From assembly GCA_963704905.1 (NCBI GenBank), contig CAVPHZ010000002.1:203011-267010 (forward strand): DNA of 64,000 bases, read 5' to 3'. Below, one piece after another: positions 49,155 to 59,219 of this stretch; position 1 is the stretch's first letter; the number at the start of each line of letters is the position of its first letter. Source of the DNA: Candidatus Chisholmbacteria bacterium. Lineage in GTDB: Bacteria; Patescibacteriota; Microgenomatia; UBA1400; Chisholmbacteraceae. Both the position numbers and the translations under genes were made by a program. The notes under the pieces are model-generated. The model was not told the DNA's origin, made no database searches, and saw only the letters and a list, made by a program, of their open reading frames with translations.

Positions 49155-50945
49155 ATGTCAATGCAAAACAGCCATACAGATAAAGCTGACAAATTCTTGT
49201 CAATTCGTCATAGTGCAGAACACGTCCTCAGCCAAGCTATGCTGAAACTGTTTCCTGGCATCAAAATGGCCATGGGACCAGCTACAGAGGATGGATTTTA
49301 TTTCGACTTTGATCCAACCGCAAAGGGTGGGGGAGAACACAAAATCAGTGAGGATAATTTTCCCCAAATCGAAGCAGAGATGAAAACAATAATGTTAAAA
49401 GATCTGCCAATCAAAAAAGAGGAAATTTCAATCAAACAAGCACGTGAATTATTTAAAGGAAATCCATACAAACAAGAATGGCTTGATGAAATAGAATCCA
49501 AGGGGGAATCAGCAACTGTCTACTGGACGGGAGATGAGTTTGTCGATCTCTGTGCAGGGCCGCATGTAAAATCGACTGGGAGAATTACCGCATTTAAGCT
49601 GCTGAGTGTTGCCGGTGCATACTGGCGAGGAAGTGATAAAAATAAAATGCTCACCCGCATCTATGGTACGGCATTTGATAAACAGACTGATCTTGACCAA
49701 TATCTTATTCTTCTTGAACAAGCTAAGCAGAGAGACCATAGAAAACTTGGCAAAGACTTAGATCTTTTCACCTTCTCAGACCTCGTGGGAAAGGGGCTAC
49801 CGCTCTTCACTGAAAAAGGCGCTACCATCTGGAGGGAGATCGAGCGTTTCGTCGTTGATGAAGAAATCAAGCGTGGCTATAAACACGTTAAAACACCCAG
49901 CATTGCCAAAACCGATCTCTACAGAAAATCAGGACATTATCCCTACTACGCGGATACGATGTATCCTCCTATGACCATTGATGATGATGAACTCATCTTA
50001 AGGCCCATGACCTGTCCACACCACTTTGCGCTGTTCATGAGTAAACCTCGCAGCTATAAAGAACTACCGATCCGCTTTGCCGAAATGGCCTCACTTTATC
50101 GATACGAAAAATCTGGTGAACTCACTGGTCTCCTCCGAGTTCGGGAGTTTGTCCTGGCAGACTCTCACAATTTTGTTCGCAAAAATCAGGCTGCCAAAGA
50201 AGTTGGCTTCGTCCTCGACCTGATTGAATATATTGCCAAAGTGTTGAAACTCAAGATAGAAAAAGACTTCGTGTATCGATTATCCTTGGGAGATAGAAAC
50301 AACCTAAAAAAGTACTACGATGCACCAGAGCATTGGGAATTTGCAGAAAATCTCTTAAGAAGAGTACTCAATCAGAGAAAATCTCCATACTACGAAGCCC
50401 CAGATGAAGCAGCCTTTTATGGTCCGAAAATCGATGTACAAATGAAAAATGTGCTTGAAAAAGAAGAAACAGCCTTTACCGTTCAATACGATTTCTGCTT
50501 ACCAGCCAGATTTAATCTTTCCTACATCAATGAAAAAGGAGAAGAAGAACAACCGATAGTCATTCATCGATCATCCGTTGGAGCGATGGAGCGATCAATC
50601 GGTTTTCTCATCGAACATTATGCTGGAGCATTTCCGATTTGGCTTTCTCCCACACAAGTGAAAGTAATCCCTATATCAGATAAACACCTAGCATATGCAG
50701 AAAAGGTCACAAGCGCATTACGGCATGGAGATGTTCGGATCGAGATTGACGACCGCTCGCTCAGCATGCAAAAACGCATTAGAGAAGCAGAGCTACAAAA
50801 AATTCCTTACATGGCAATAGTTGGCGATCGAGAGCAAAAATCAAATACGGTCTCTGTCAGAATGCGAGGGGAAAAAGATCAAGGCAGCATGAAACTAAAC
50901 ATCTTCAAAGACAGAGTCATCCAAGAAATAGCAGAAAAATATTAA
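49155..50945 (+). CDS. thrS: Threonine--tRNA ligase
   Basis: RHSAEH, DLCAGPH, RDHRKLG, RPMTCPHH, AAFYGPKID and HYAGAFP motifs. Confidence 0.97.
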   Translation: MSMQNSHTDKADKFLSIRHSAEHVLSQAMLKLFPGIKMAMGPATEDGFYFDFDPTAKGGGEHKISEDNFPQIEAEMKTIMLKDLPIKKEEISIKQARELFKGNPYKQEWLDEIESKGESATVYWTGDEFVDLCAGPHVKSTGRITAFKLLSVAGAYWRGSDKNKMLTRIYGTAFDKQTDLDQYLILLEQAKQRDHRKLGKDLDLFTFSDLVGKGLPLFTEKGATIWREIERFVVDEEIKRGYKHVKTPSIAKTDLYRKSGHYPYYADTMYPPMTIDDDELILRPMTCPHHFALFMSKPRSYKELPIRFAEMASLYRYEKSGELTGLLRVREFVLADSHNFVRKNQAAKEVGFVLDLIEYIAKVLKLKIEKDFVYRLSLGDRNNLKKYYDAPEHWEFAENLLRRVLNQRKSPYYEAPDEAAFYGPKIDVQMKNVLEKEETAFTVQYDFCLPARFNLSYINEKGEEEQPIVIHRSSVGAMERSIGFLIEHYAGAFPIWLSPTQVKVIPISDKHLAYAEKVTSALRHGDVRIEIDDRSLSMQKRIREAELQKIPYMAIVGDREQKSNTVSVRMRGEKDQGSMKLNIFKDRVIQEIAEKY

Positions 50946-50984
50946 TCTTCTCCATGGTATAATGCTTTCTCGAGATAACTGAGT

Positions 50985-51512
50985 ATGAAAAGATATTGGC
51001 AAATAAATCACTACATTCAAGCTGATAAGCTTCGCGTGGTTGACGAGGATGGAAATCAAATTGGTGTTATGACCAAAGAGGAGGCACTCAAACAGGCAAA
51101 GGCTGAAGGTCTTGATCTGGTTGAGGTTGCCGCCAATGCAAAACCGCCAGTTGCAAAAATTGTTGAATTTGCAAAATTCAAATATCAAGAAAAGCGAAAG
51201 CACATGGAGGGAAAAAAGAGAGCCAAGACTCAAGATCTTAAAATAATCCGATTCACACCGTTCATTGCTGAAAATGATTTTCAAATTCGCATCAATCGTG
51301 CCAGGGAATTCCTCGAGGAAGGTGACAAAGTCAACCTTGTGGTAAAATTCGTGGGTCGTCAGATCACCAGAAAGGAATTTGGTTTCGAGCTTATCAAACG
51401 AGCCTACAACGAGCTCCAGGATCTTGCTACCATGGAAAGAGAACCAAACTTGAGAGGAAAGCTGTTACTTACGACGCTATCACCAATCAAAAAGTCAAAA
51501 AAAGTAAAATAA
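50985..51512 (+). CDS. infC: Translation initiation factor IF-3
   Basis: LDLVEVAANAKPPVAKI...KFKYQ motif; position in the thrS-infC-rpmI-rplT block. Confidence 0.95.
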   Translation: MKRYWQINHYIQADKLRVVDEDGNQIGVMTKEEALKQAKAEGLDLVEVAANAKPPVAKIVEFAKFKYQEKRKHMEGKKRAKTQDLKIIRFTPFIAENDFQIRINRAREFLEEGDKVNLVVKFVGRQITRKEFGFELIKRAYNELQDLATMEREPNLRGKLLLTTLSPIKKSKKVK

Positions 51513-51513
51513 C

Positions 51514-51717
51514 ATGACCAAAACCAAGATGAAAACCAGAAAATCGGTATCCAAACGGTTTAGAGTCACCAAAACTGGCAAGGTTCTTCGACGTACCCAA
51601 AATATGCGACATTTGCGGAGAAAAAAGAGCAAAAAACAGATCCGAAAATATCATGTACCAAAATCAGTAACAGGCAAAATGGCGATAAAAATTAAACGCA
51701 TGCTCGGAGCAGCATAA
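51514..51717 (+). CDS. rpmI: 50S ribosomal protein L35
   Basis: KMKTRKSVSKRFRVTKTGKV motif. Confidence 0.95.
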   Translation: MTKTKMKTRKSVSKRFRVTKTGKVLRRTQNMRHLRRKKSKKQIRKYHVPKSVTGKMAIKIKRMLGAA

Positions 51718-51723
51718 ATTGAT

Positions 51724-52080
51724 ATGCGGGTAAAAACCGGTCCTACTAGAAGAAGAAGACACAAGAAGGTTCTCGAACGCACCAAAGGAATGCGCATGAC
51801 CAAAAGTCGTCTCTATAAAGTAGCAAAAGAAGCTGATCTGCATGCCGGTCAATATGCATTCGTTGGTAGAAAACTTCGCAAAAGAGATTTTCGCAGACTT
51901 TGGATTCAAAGAATAAATGCAGGTCTCACAGAGTACGCGAACGGATTGAAATACTCAACCTTTATGAATCTTCTTAAAAAAAGCAACATTGATATCGATC
52001 GTAAAATCCTTGCGGACCTCGCAGTCAAAGATCCTGATACGTTCAAGGCAGTAGTTGAAACAGCCAGCCAATCCAATTAA
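51724..52080 (+). CDS. rplT: 50S ribosomal protein L20
   Basis: RKRDFRRLWIQRINA and IDRKILADLAV motifs. Confidence 0.96.
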   Translation: MRVKTGPTRRRRHKKVLERTKGMRMTKSRLYKVAKEADLHAGQYAFVGRKLRKRDFRRLWIQRINAGLTEYANGLKYSTFMNLLKKSNIDIDRKILADLAVKDPDTFKAVVETASQSN

Positions 52081-52081
52081 A

Positions 52082-52185
52082 ATGATTCTGATGAAATTAA
52101 ACTCAACCACCACCTTTTTCTTTAGTCCACTGTAAACGAGGGGAGTGTTATTATGGAAAAACCAACTCCCCAAGGGGAGTTTTTT
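52082..52185 (+). promoter_or_regulatory. PheM-like leader peptide (MILMKLNSTTTFFFSPL, 52082-52135) and attenuator
   Basis: Three tandem Phe codons; GGGGAGT antiterminator strand; terminator AACTCCCC-AA-GGGGAGTT-TTTT upstream of pheS. Confidence 0.8.
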
Positions 52186-52239
52186 AATGTGATTAATTCT
52201 CGATACAAATGTAAGGCGTAAGTGTATTACAATAAACCT

Positions 52240-53226
52240 ATGAATAGTCTAGATCTGCGTGACCAGCTAATCAATTTAAAAAATGAGGCATTAGCACTCA
52301 TTTCCGATGCTGGCTCTACTGAAGAACTCGAATATATTCGTATCACCTACTTGGGGAGAAAAGGAAAAATCAACCAGATTACCACCAAGATGGCAAAACT
52401 TTCTCCTCAAGACCGTTCTCAAACAGGAAAAGCAATAAACGACGCCAAAACCGCAATCGAAAATGAACTCAACCTGAGTCAAAAACAAAAAGATACCCCA
52501 AAAGTAGAAAAATCATTTTTTGATCCAACTGTTCCTTCAATCCGTCCAACGATGGGTCAACTCCATCCAATCACCAAAATCATGCACGAAGTTGAAGACA
52601 TTTTCAGGCATTTCGGCTTCACCGTAGCCTTCGGACCAGAAATCGAGTGGGATGAAATAAACTTCCAAAAGCTTCTTTTGGGACCCGATCATCCGAGTCG
52701 CGACACCCAGGAAACCTATTATTTCGACGAAAATCAACTCCTGCGCGTACATACAAGCTCCGTTCAAATTCGCTATATGCAAAATCACCAGCCTCCCATC
52801 CGCATTATCTCTCCAGGTAGGGTGTACAGACGCGATACCATCGATGCAACCCACCTTCCTAGCTTTCATCAAATAGAAGGTCTCATGGTTGATGAACAAA
52901 CAACGTTAACTGATTTGCTTGGCATCCTTGAATACACAGTCAAGCAACTCTTCGGAGAAAAGAGAAAAGTACGTTTTTACAGCCATCACTTTCCCTACAC
53001 CGAACCGAGCATCGAAGTCGAAATGCAAACTGAGACAGGCAAGTGGATGGAAATTCTTGGGTCTGGCATGGTTCGCCCGCAAGTGCTTGAAAATTGCGGA
53101 ATAGATAGCACCAAGTATCAAGGTTGGGCCTTTGGTATGGGTGCTGACCGCCTAGCCATGCTCAAATACGGTATCAACGACATCAGAAGCTTAGTTGCAG
53201 GAGATCTAAGACTGCTTGACATATGA
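52240..53226 (+). CDS. pheS: Phenylalanine--tRNA ligase alpha subunit
   Basis: HPSRD, LRVHTS, FHQIEG, FPYTEPS and GWAFGMG motifs. Confidence 0.97.
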   Translation: MNSLDLRDQLINLKNEALALISDAGSTEELEYIRITYLGRKGKINQITTKMAKLSPQDRSQTGKAINDAKTAIENELNLSQKQKDTPKVEKSFFDPTVPSIRPTMGQLHPITKIMHEVEDIFRHFGFTVAFGPEIEWDEINFQKLLLGPDHPSRDTQETYYFDENQLLRVHTSSVQIRYMQNHQPPIRIISPGRVYRRDTIDATHLPSFHQIEGLMVDEQTTLTDLLGILEYTVKQLFGEKRKVRFYSHHFPYTEPSIEVEMQTETGKWMEILGSGMVRPQVLENCGIDSTKYQGWAFGMGADRLAMLKYGINDIRSLVAGDLRLLDI

Positions 53227-55214
53227 TAGTTCCAAAATCATGGATCAACCAGTACGTAAACACCAAAGGCATTTCTGATCAAATGTTTGCTCAAGAAATG
53301 ACCTTTGCTGGCAACAAAGTCGAGAACGTTTCAACTCAAGGAAAAGAGACTCTGTTTGAATTCGAAATCACCTCAAATCGTCCAGATACTCTTTCTATCA
53401 TCGGCATCGCCCGAGAAACCGCAGCCGTTTTTGGATTGAACCTGAATATTCCACCAACTCCAAAACTGAAAACCAATCTTCCACCAACCAAAAAGCTTCA
53501 TATTCACGAGGATCACTTATGTCCTACCTATAGCGCAATTGAATTGGAAAACGTCAAAATCGGGAATTCACCACAAAAATTGAAAAAACGGCTGAACGCA
53601 ATTGGAATCAATGCTGTCAATAATATTGTTGATATCACCAACTACATAATGCATGAAACTGGTCAACCAATGCACGCTTTCGACTCGGGAAACATCACAG
53701 GAGCCCTGACCCTTCGTGCTGCAAAACCTGGGGAAACAATCACCTTGCTTGATCACCTGGAAAGAACACTTGCAGGAGGAGAAATTATAATAGAGGACGA
53801 AACAAAACTCATCGATCTTGCTGGTCTGATGGGTGGTGAAAACTCAGAAATTACAGAAAAAACTACCAATGTATATCTATTGGTACCAATCTATGATCCG
53901 ATTGCTATTAGAAGAGCCAGCAAGCACTTAAAGCTCAGAACCGACGCGAGCAACAGGTTTGAAAAAAATCTTGATCTCACACAAACTGAGACTGTACTCG
54001 CCAGAGCCACACAGGATCTGTTAACAACTGCTGGAGGAAAACAAAAAACCTCACCGATTACCAAGAAAGCTGTTTTGCATACCCTAACCTTAACACTCGA
54101 TACAGAAAGAATGAACTCACTCATTGGGATCCAGATTAAACAAGCAGAAGTAGACCATCACCTTGAAAAACTTGGAATCAAAAAGAACAACCACGGCTAT
54201 AAGATACCATCATGGAGAAGAGATCTCGAAAAGGATGTTGATCTAATTGAAGAAATATCAAGACTTCACGGTTACAACCAACTTCCACGGACTCTTCCAA
54301 CAGGAATAATACCAACACACCAAGATGCGTTACAGCCAAACTGGGTCCGGATTGTGCGCGAACAAATTGCTGCACTCGGATTTATCGAAACCTACTCATC
54401 AACCCTCATCAGTCAGAGTCAGTTGGAGTCAATTGGACTCAACCAGGATGACCATTGCAAAGTACTTCATCCAATGTCGAGTGAATACGAATACATGCGA
54501 ATGACAACACTCGAAAATCTCATTCCCTTGATCAAAGAGAATCTCAAGTATACGCAGCAATGTAATCTTTTCGAGCTCGGAACGGTGTTTTACAAACAAT
54601 CAAAAGCAGACAGTCTTCCCAATCAACCATTTGAATTAGGTGCTATTTCTACAAAATATTCATATCCAGAAATGAAGGGCATTATTGAAAATCTAACCCA
54701 ATCGATTGGACTTACCCTATCCTTTCAACCAGCCTCAGATGAAGTAGTTCCATATCTTCATCCATCCAATCAAGCAGAAATGTATGTAGACAGTATTCAA
54801 GTTGGAACGATCGGTCAACTACATCCCAAGCTGGTTCAAATTGATGCTCCTACAACCTGGGTATTTAAGCTCAATATAGATAAACTCACTCAAAAGGCTA
54901 CGTTTTCAAAACAATATCCACAACTTCCTGAGCACCCTCCAATAATCGAGGATCTCACCTTTAGTGTTCCGTCTAAAACATTTTTGGGATTTCTCCTTGA
55001 CGAGGTGAGTGTCTCCGACAAGCTTATCGAAAGTGTCAGGATCAAAGAGATTTTTTCACCTGAACAATCAATCGGAAAAAATATTACCTTTACAATCACC
55101 TACAGACATCCAAAACGGTCATTGAAGGATAAAGAAATAGCACCAATCAGAAAAAAGATAGCAATAAACATGAAAAAGAATTTCAAAGCAGATCTCGTCG
55201 GAAAACTCGAATAA
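53223..55214 (+). CDS. pheT: Phenylalanine--tRNA ligase beta subunit (lacks OB-fold domain)
   Basis: EITSNRPD, NNIVDITNY, GQPMHAFD and PSWRRDL...DLIEEI motifs. Confidence 0.95.
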   Translation: MIVPKSWINQYVNTKGISDQMFAQEMTFAGNKVENVSTQGKETLFEFEITSNRPDTLSIIGIARETAAVFGLNLNIPPTPKLKTNLPPTKKLHIHEDHLCPTYSAIELENVKIGNSPQKLKKRLNAIGINAVNNIVDITNYIMHETGQPMHAFDSGNITGALTLRAAKPGETITLLDHLERTLAGGEIIIEDETKLIDLAGLMGGENSEITEKTTNVYLLVPIYDPIAIRRASKHLKLRTDASNRFEKNLDLTQTETVLARATQDLLTTAGGKQKTSPITKKAVLHTLTLTLDTERMNSLIGIQIKQAEVDHHLEKLGIKKNNHGYKIPSWRRDLEKDVDLIEEISRLHGYNQLPRTLPTGIIPTHQDALQPNWVRIVREQIAALGFIETYSSTLISQSQLESIGLNQDDHCKVLHPMSSEYEYMRMTTLENLIPLIKENLKYTQQCNLFELGTVFYKQSKADSLPNQPFELGAISTKYSYPEMKGIIENLTQSIGLTLSFQPASDEVVPYLHPSNQAEMYVDSIQVGTIGQLHPKLVQIDAPTTWVFKLNIDKLTQKATFSKQYPQLPEHPPIIEDLTFSVPSKTFLGFLLDEVSVSDKLIESVRIKEIFSPEQSIGKNITFTITYRHPKRSLKDKEIAPIRKKIAINMKKNFKADLVGKLE

Positions 55215-55221
55215 AAGAAGG

Positions 55222-57894
55222 TTAAGGAGTCGGAGTAGGAGAGGGAGCGTTGGTTGGCGTTGGTGTCACCTCTTCCCAATCGGCATTCACGCCGATCTTA
55301 AGTTCCCCGCTATCAGCTTCCTTGCCAGCGCTGTTTCTCGCCCGAAACTTCAACGTATGCTGTCCATTTTCAATAAACATGGTTGTTCGAAACGGCTTGG
55401 TTTCCAGCGTATCTCTCACAATACCATCTACGAGAACTTTCACCCATGAAATACTCGAGTCTGAAAATACCTCAATCTCCAAAGTAACATCATTGCTATC
55501 AATTCTCTCCTTATCTTTCGGCTTGTTGACACGCACGACGAGATCATCACCACCCTCACAAATATCAGATGGTGGGTGATAGCGTTCATCTGATTGACCT
55601 GATGTCCATGCATCAATTCCTTCCTGCCAAGCCTCTCGATCTGCTGAAGCCAATAGAGATGGTGCTTTAAAAACAAAGTATTCCTTCTCATCGTAATCTC
55701 CATTGGCAATTTGTGCTTGAGATGCAAGTCGATTTGAAGATCGGCAAATTTTTAGTTTAGTATGAATCGGGTCTTGTCCACTTGAGAGCGTTCCTTTCTC
55801 GAAATACTCACTTCTTGAAGGAAAATCATCATGAGCTGGAAAACCTGACACGGCATCAACAGAATATTGCTCCACTCCAGATGGGGGAGTAAACTCTGGA
55901 TCATCCCTGCTCTCTAACGTTTCCAGGAAAATCCGTCTCCATATCGGAGCTGCTCCCGATACACCAGATGCAACTTGCCGCATTGGACTGTTGTCATTAT
56001 TTCCGACCCAAACGCCAACTACCGCTGTACCATTTGTCCACCCAACCGTCCAATTATCTCGCTGGTCATTTGTCGTTCCGGTCTTTACAGCAATCGGTCT
56101 TCCTGAAATGTTTATTAAACTATTTACACCAAAGGTGATGAGTCTTGCATTGTTATCTGTTAACACCGAGTTGATGAGAAATGCTACATCTTCCGAGAGC
56201 ACCCTGCGACCCTTTACGGGTTTCTGTTCAAAAAGCTCTTTTCCATCTCTATCAACAACCTTTAAAATTGCTACTGGCTCTACCCCATATCCACCATTTG
56301 AAAAAGCACTGTAAGCAGTGACCATATCCAATAACCGAATTTCTCCGCCTCCCAGAGTCACCGATAGTCCAACGCGTCGCATATTTTCAGTGGTTGGCGC
56401 AAGTGTTGTAAATCCCATATCATGCGCAAGCGTCATCATATCTTCAAGCCCAATCAGTTGAAGGAGCTTGACTGCTGGTACATTAATCGAACTACCGAGT
56501 GCTCTGCGCAGTTGCAATGGTCCATGATATTCCCCATCATAATTCACTGGAATATAAGGCTCCTCTTTGGTTTTTCCAGGAAATTCTGTTTGGACATCCA
56601 TGATTGAGTACGCAGGAGAGTATCCTTTTGAAAAGGCCGTTGCATACGTCACAGGTTTTATCGAACTTCCGGGTTGTCTATGTGACAAAGAAACATTCAC
56701 CTGTCCATCATAATCTTCAGCAAAGAAATCTTTGCTCCCAACCATTACTAATATTTCACCTGTTGTAGGTTCGATGACCACTGCAGAGCCATTCGTAATA
56801 TCAAGTGATTCAACCTTTTCAATCTCTTCTGCAACAATCTCTTGAGAACTCTCTTGCAGTTCAAGATCAAGTGATGTAGTGACGGTAAGTCCACCTTGCT
56901 CAACCATCCGGTCGCCGAACATCTCCGAGAGTTGCTCTCTCACATACATAACGAAATGTGGCGCCTTGATATTGCGGTCACCAGCGCTGAATTCGACTTT
57001 CTCAAGTTCTTCAAGCGCAACCTCTTCTTGTTCTCGAGTAATATAGCCATCTTCTCGCATACGTCTGAGAACCTCTGTTGCCCGCCCTCTAAATGCATCT
57101 GGATTTGACCCAAATGGGGAATATGTTGTTGGGCGTTGTGGTAACCCAGCCAGAATCGCAGACTCAACCAGCGTGAGGTCTTGCACATCTTTCTGAAAAT
57201 ACACATCTGACGCTGTTTTAACACCCCATGCCGTACCGCCAAAAGGAGCCTCATTAAGGTACATAAGGAGTATTTCATCTTTACTGAACCGGCGCTCAAT
57301 TTGCACAGCTAAGATGAATTCTTTAATTTTTCGTACGACCGATCGCTCAGATGAGAGCAACACATTTTTTACTAGTTGCTGAGTCAGCGTTGATCCACCT
57401 TGTGCATAGCCCCGAGTAAAAAACCGAGAAAATCCGCGGACCATACCCAGTGGATCAAACCCCTCGTGCTTGTAAAAATCTTTGTCCTCAATAGCGATGA
57501 CTGCCTGTTGCAAGTGAAGGGGAACATGATCAAGTTTAACCGGTACCCTGCGCTCCTCACCATACACGTCCCAAAGTTGTTTCCCATTGCGATCCAAAAT
57601 TTGTGTTGCAAAACCTTCTCGGCGAATAACTTTATCAGGCTGAGGAAGATCCTTCGCAAACCATGCAAATAGAATGGAAAAAACAAAAACTCCTCCAATC
57701 ACTGCCACCAAAGCAGCTAATGCTGCACTGCGTAATAGTTTTGTCCTTTTTGGAGATTTGTATCCAGTCCGAAGAAGTGTAAGCTTCTTCATTCGACGCT
57801 TCCATTCACGCCGCCATGAAACACGTCTTGCCATACGCCACATTGTATATCTTCGTTGTATCCTGATCAATGAATTCTTTACCTTCACTATCAT
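55222..57894 (-). CDS. Class A penicillin-binding protein 1A family with C-terminal Ig-like domain (start uncertain)
   Basis: EDKDFYKH, GGSTLTQQLVKN, RKIKE, QPGSSIKP (SxxK), SINV and KTGT motifs. Confidence 0.94.
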   Translation of the reverse strand: MIVKVKNSLIRIQRRYTMWRMARRVSWRREWKRRMKKLTLLRTGYKSPKRTKLLRSAALAALVAVIGGVFVFSILFAWFAKDLPQPDKVIRREGFATQILDRNGKQLWDVYGEERRVPVKLDHVPLHLQQAVIAIEDKDFYKHEGFDPLGMVRGFSRFFTRGYAQGGSTLTQQLVKNVLLSSERSVVRKIKEFILAVQIERRFSKDEILLMYLNEAPFGGTAWGVKTASDVYFQKDVQDLTLVESAILAGLPQRPTTYSPFGSNPDAFRGRATEVLRRMREDGYITREQEEVALEELEKVEFSAGDRNIKAPHFVMYVREQLSEMFGDRMVEQGGLTVTTSLDLELQESSQEIVAEEIEKVESLDITNGSAVVIEPTTGEILVMVGSKDFFAEDYDGQVNVSLSHRQPGSSIKPVTYATAFSKGYSPAYSIMDVQTEFPGKTKEEPYIPVNYDGEYHGPLQLRRALGSSINVPAVKLLQLIGLEDMMTLAHDMGFTTLAPTTENMRRVGLSVTLGGGEIRLLDMVTAYSAFSNGGYGVEPVAILKVVDRDGKELFEQKPVKGRRVLSEDVAFLINSVLTDNNARLITFGVNSLINISGRPIAVKTGTTNDQRDNWTVGWTNGTAVVGVWVGNNDNSPMRQVASGVSGAAPIWRRIFLETLESRDDPEFTPPSGVEQYSVDAVSGFPAHDDFPSRSEYFEKGTLSSGQDPIHTKLKICRSSNRLASQAQIANGDYDEKEYFVFKAPSLLASADREAWQEGIDAWTSGQSDERYHPPSDICEGGDDLVVRVNKPKDKERIDSNDVTLEIEVFSDSSISWVKVLVDGIVRDTLETKPFRTTMFIENGQHTLKFRARNSAGKEADSGELKIGVNADWEEVTPTPTNAPSPTPTP

Positions 57895-57913
57895 CTGGTA
57901 TAGTATACCTAGT

Positions 57914-59089
57914 ATGTCGAGTAATCAAAATCACAAAAACGACTTGTTTTCCAGAAGGGTTGATAAAATTCTCCCGACAATGAAAGGTCTCCGATCACTC
58001 ACCAGCAAACGGAAGATCCGTCTCTATCAAGGTTTCGATCCAACCGGGTACAGACTCCATCTAGGCCATACCATCGGTCTTCGCAAGCTCATGGAGTTTG
58101 CCAATCTCGGACACGAGGTGATCTTCCTTTTTGGAACTGGAACCGTCCTCGCAGGTGATCCATCCCAAAGATATGAAGCTCGAAAGCGCATTGCAGCTGA
58201 GCAGATTGAACACAATATTCAAACCTGGAAAGATCAGGTAATGCCGATAGTAGACTTCAACAAAGTGAGAATGATGTACAACGCTGAGTGGTTATTAAAA
58301 CTGAACCTGGCTGACATTATTGAAATTGCCAGTAACATCAGCGCTGTACAACTATTTAAACGGGATATGTTTCAACGCCGGCTCAAACAAGGAGATACCA
58401 TCTGGATGCACGAAACACTCTACCCCTTATTACAAGGATATGATTCCGTAGCCATGGATGTTGATCTTGAGATCGGCGGAACAGATCAAGAATTTAATAT
58501 GCTCATCGGAAGAGAATTGCTCCAAAAGATGAAAAGTAAGGAAAAGTTCGTCCTAACAGTTCCGATGATTCTTGGAACCGATGGAAAACAAATGAGTAAA
58601 TCCTCAGGAAACTGTATTTGGCTTGACGACTCAGCAGATGACATGTATGGAAAACTCATGAGTATTCCAGATGAACAAATCACTCCCTATATGGAACTTC
58701 TTACTGATATTCCACTTGAAGAGATAAAAACGAATTCCTCTCAGGCGCTCCAAAACAAAAAACGTCTTGCTCTGGACGTGACAACCCAATTTCACGGACA
58801 GCCAAAAGCGTTCGCAGCACATACACAGTTTAAAAATGTTGTTCAAAAAAAGAAGATACCCCAAAAGCTTGAAGAATTTTTACTAAAACATATCTCCATA
58901 GACGACACCATCGTGGACGTTCTGGTAAAAACTAAATGTGTTCCAACCAGGTCAGCAGCAAAGCGTCTTACCCGTCAAGGTGGGGTAGAAGTAGATGGAA
59001 TAAAAATAACTGACCCTACAAAAAAGATAGCACGAACAAAAAATTCAATTCTCAAAGCTGGAAAAAGAAAGTATATTAAATTTATCTAA
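57914..59089 (+). CDS. tyrS: Tyrosine--tRNA ligase
   Basis: GFDPT..LHLGH, LQGYD, GGTDQ, MSKS and C-terminal S4 domain. Confidence 0.96.
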   Translation: MSSNQNHKNDLFSRRVDKILPTMKGLRSLTSKRKIRLYQGFDPTGYRLHLGHTIGLRKLMEFANLGHEVIFLFGTGTVLAGDPSQRYEARKRIAAEQIEHNIQTWKDQVMPIVDFNKVRMMYNAEWLLKLNLADIIEIASNISAVQLFKRDMFQRRLKQGDTIWMHETLYPLLQGYDSVAMDVDLEIGGTDQEFNMLIGRELLQKMKSKEKFVLTVPMILGTDGKQMSKSSGNCIWLDDSADDMYGKLMSIPDEQITPYMELLTDIPLEEIKTNSSQALQNKKRLALDVTTQFHGQPKAFAAHTQFKNVVQKKKIPQKLEEFLLKHISIDDTIVDVLVKTKCVPTRSAAKRLTRQGGVEVDGIKITDPTKKIARTKNSILKAGKRKYIKFI

Positions 59090-59092
59090 CCT

Positions 59093-59197
59093 ATGATCTT
59101 AACCAAGAAAAAAAGACTGGTGTTTAAAATATTGGTTACCATTGCCTCGCTTGCATTGATACTGACTTCACTCCTGCCATTGCTCTACTCCTTCTAG
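59093..59197 (+). CDS. Small single-TM protein (34 aa)
   Basis: MILTKKKRLVFKILVTIASLALILTSLLPLLYSF fills the tyrS-recG gap. Confidence 0.6.
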   Translation: MILTKKKRLVFKILVTIASLALILTSLLPLLYSF

Positions 59198-59219
59198 AAA
59201 AACCGCTATTAAAAAAACA

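Noticed and set aside
57674-57913. N-terminal extension of TyrS overlapping PBP1A on the opposite strand
   Set aside because: No TyrS similarity before ATG 57914; best explained as an antisense open frame.
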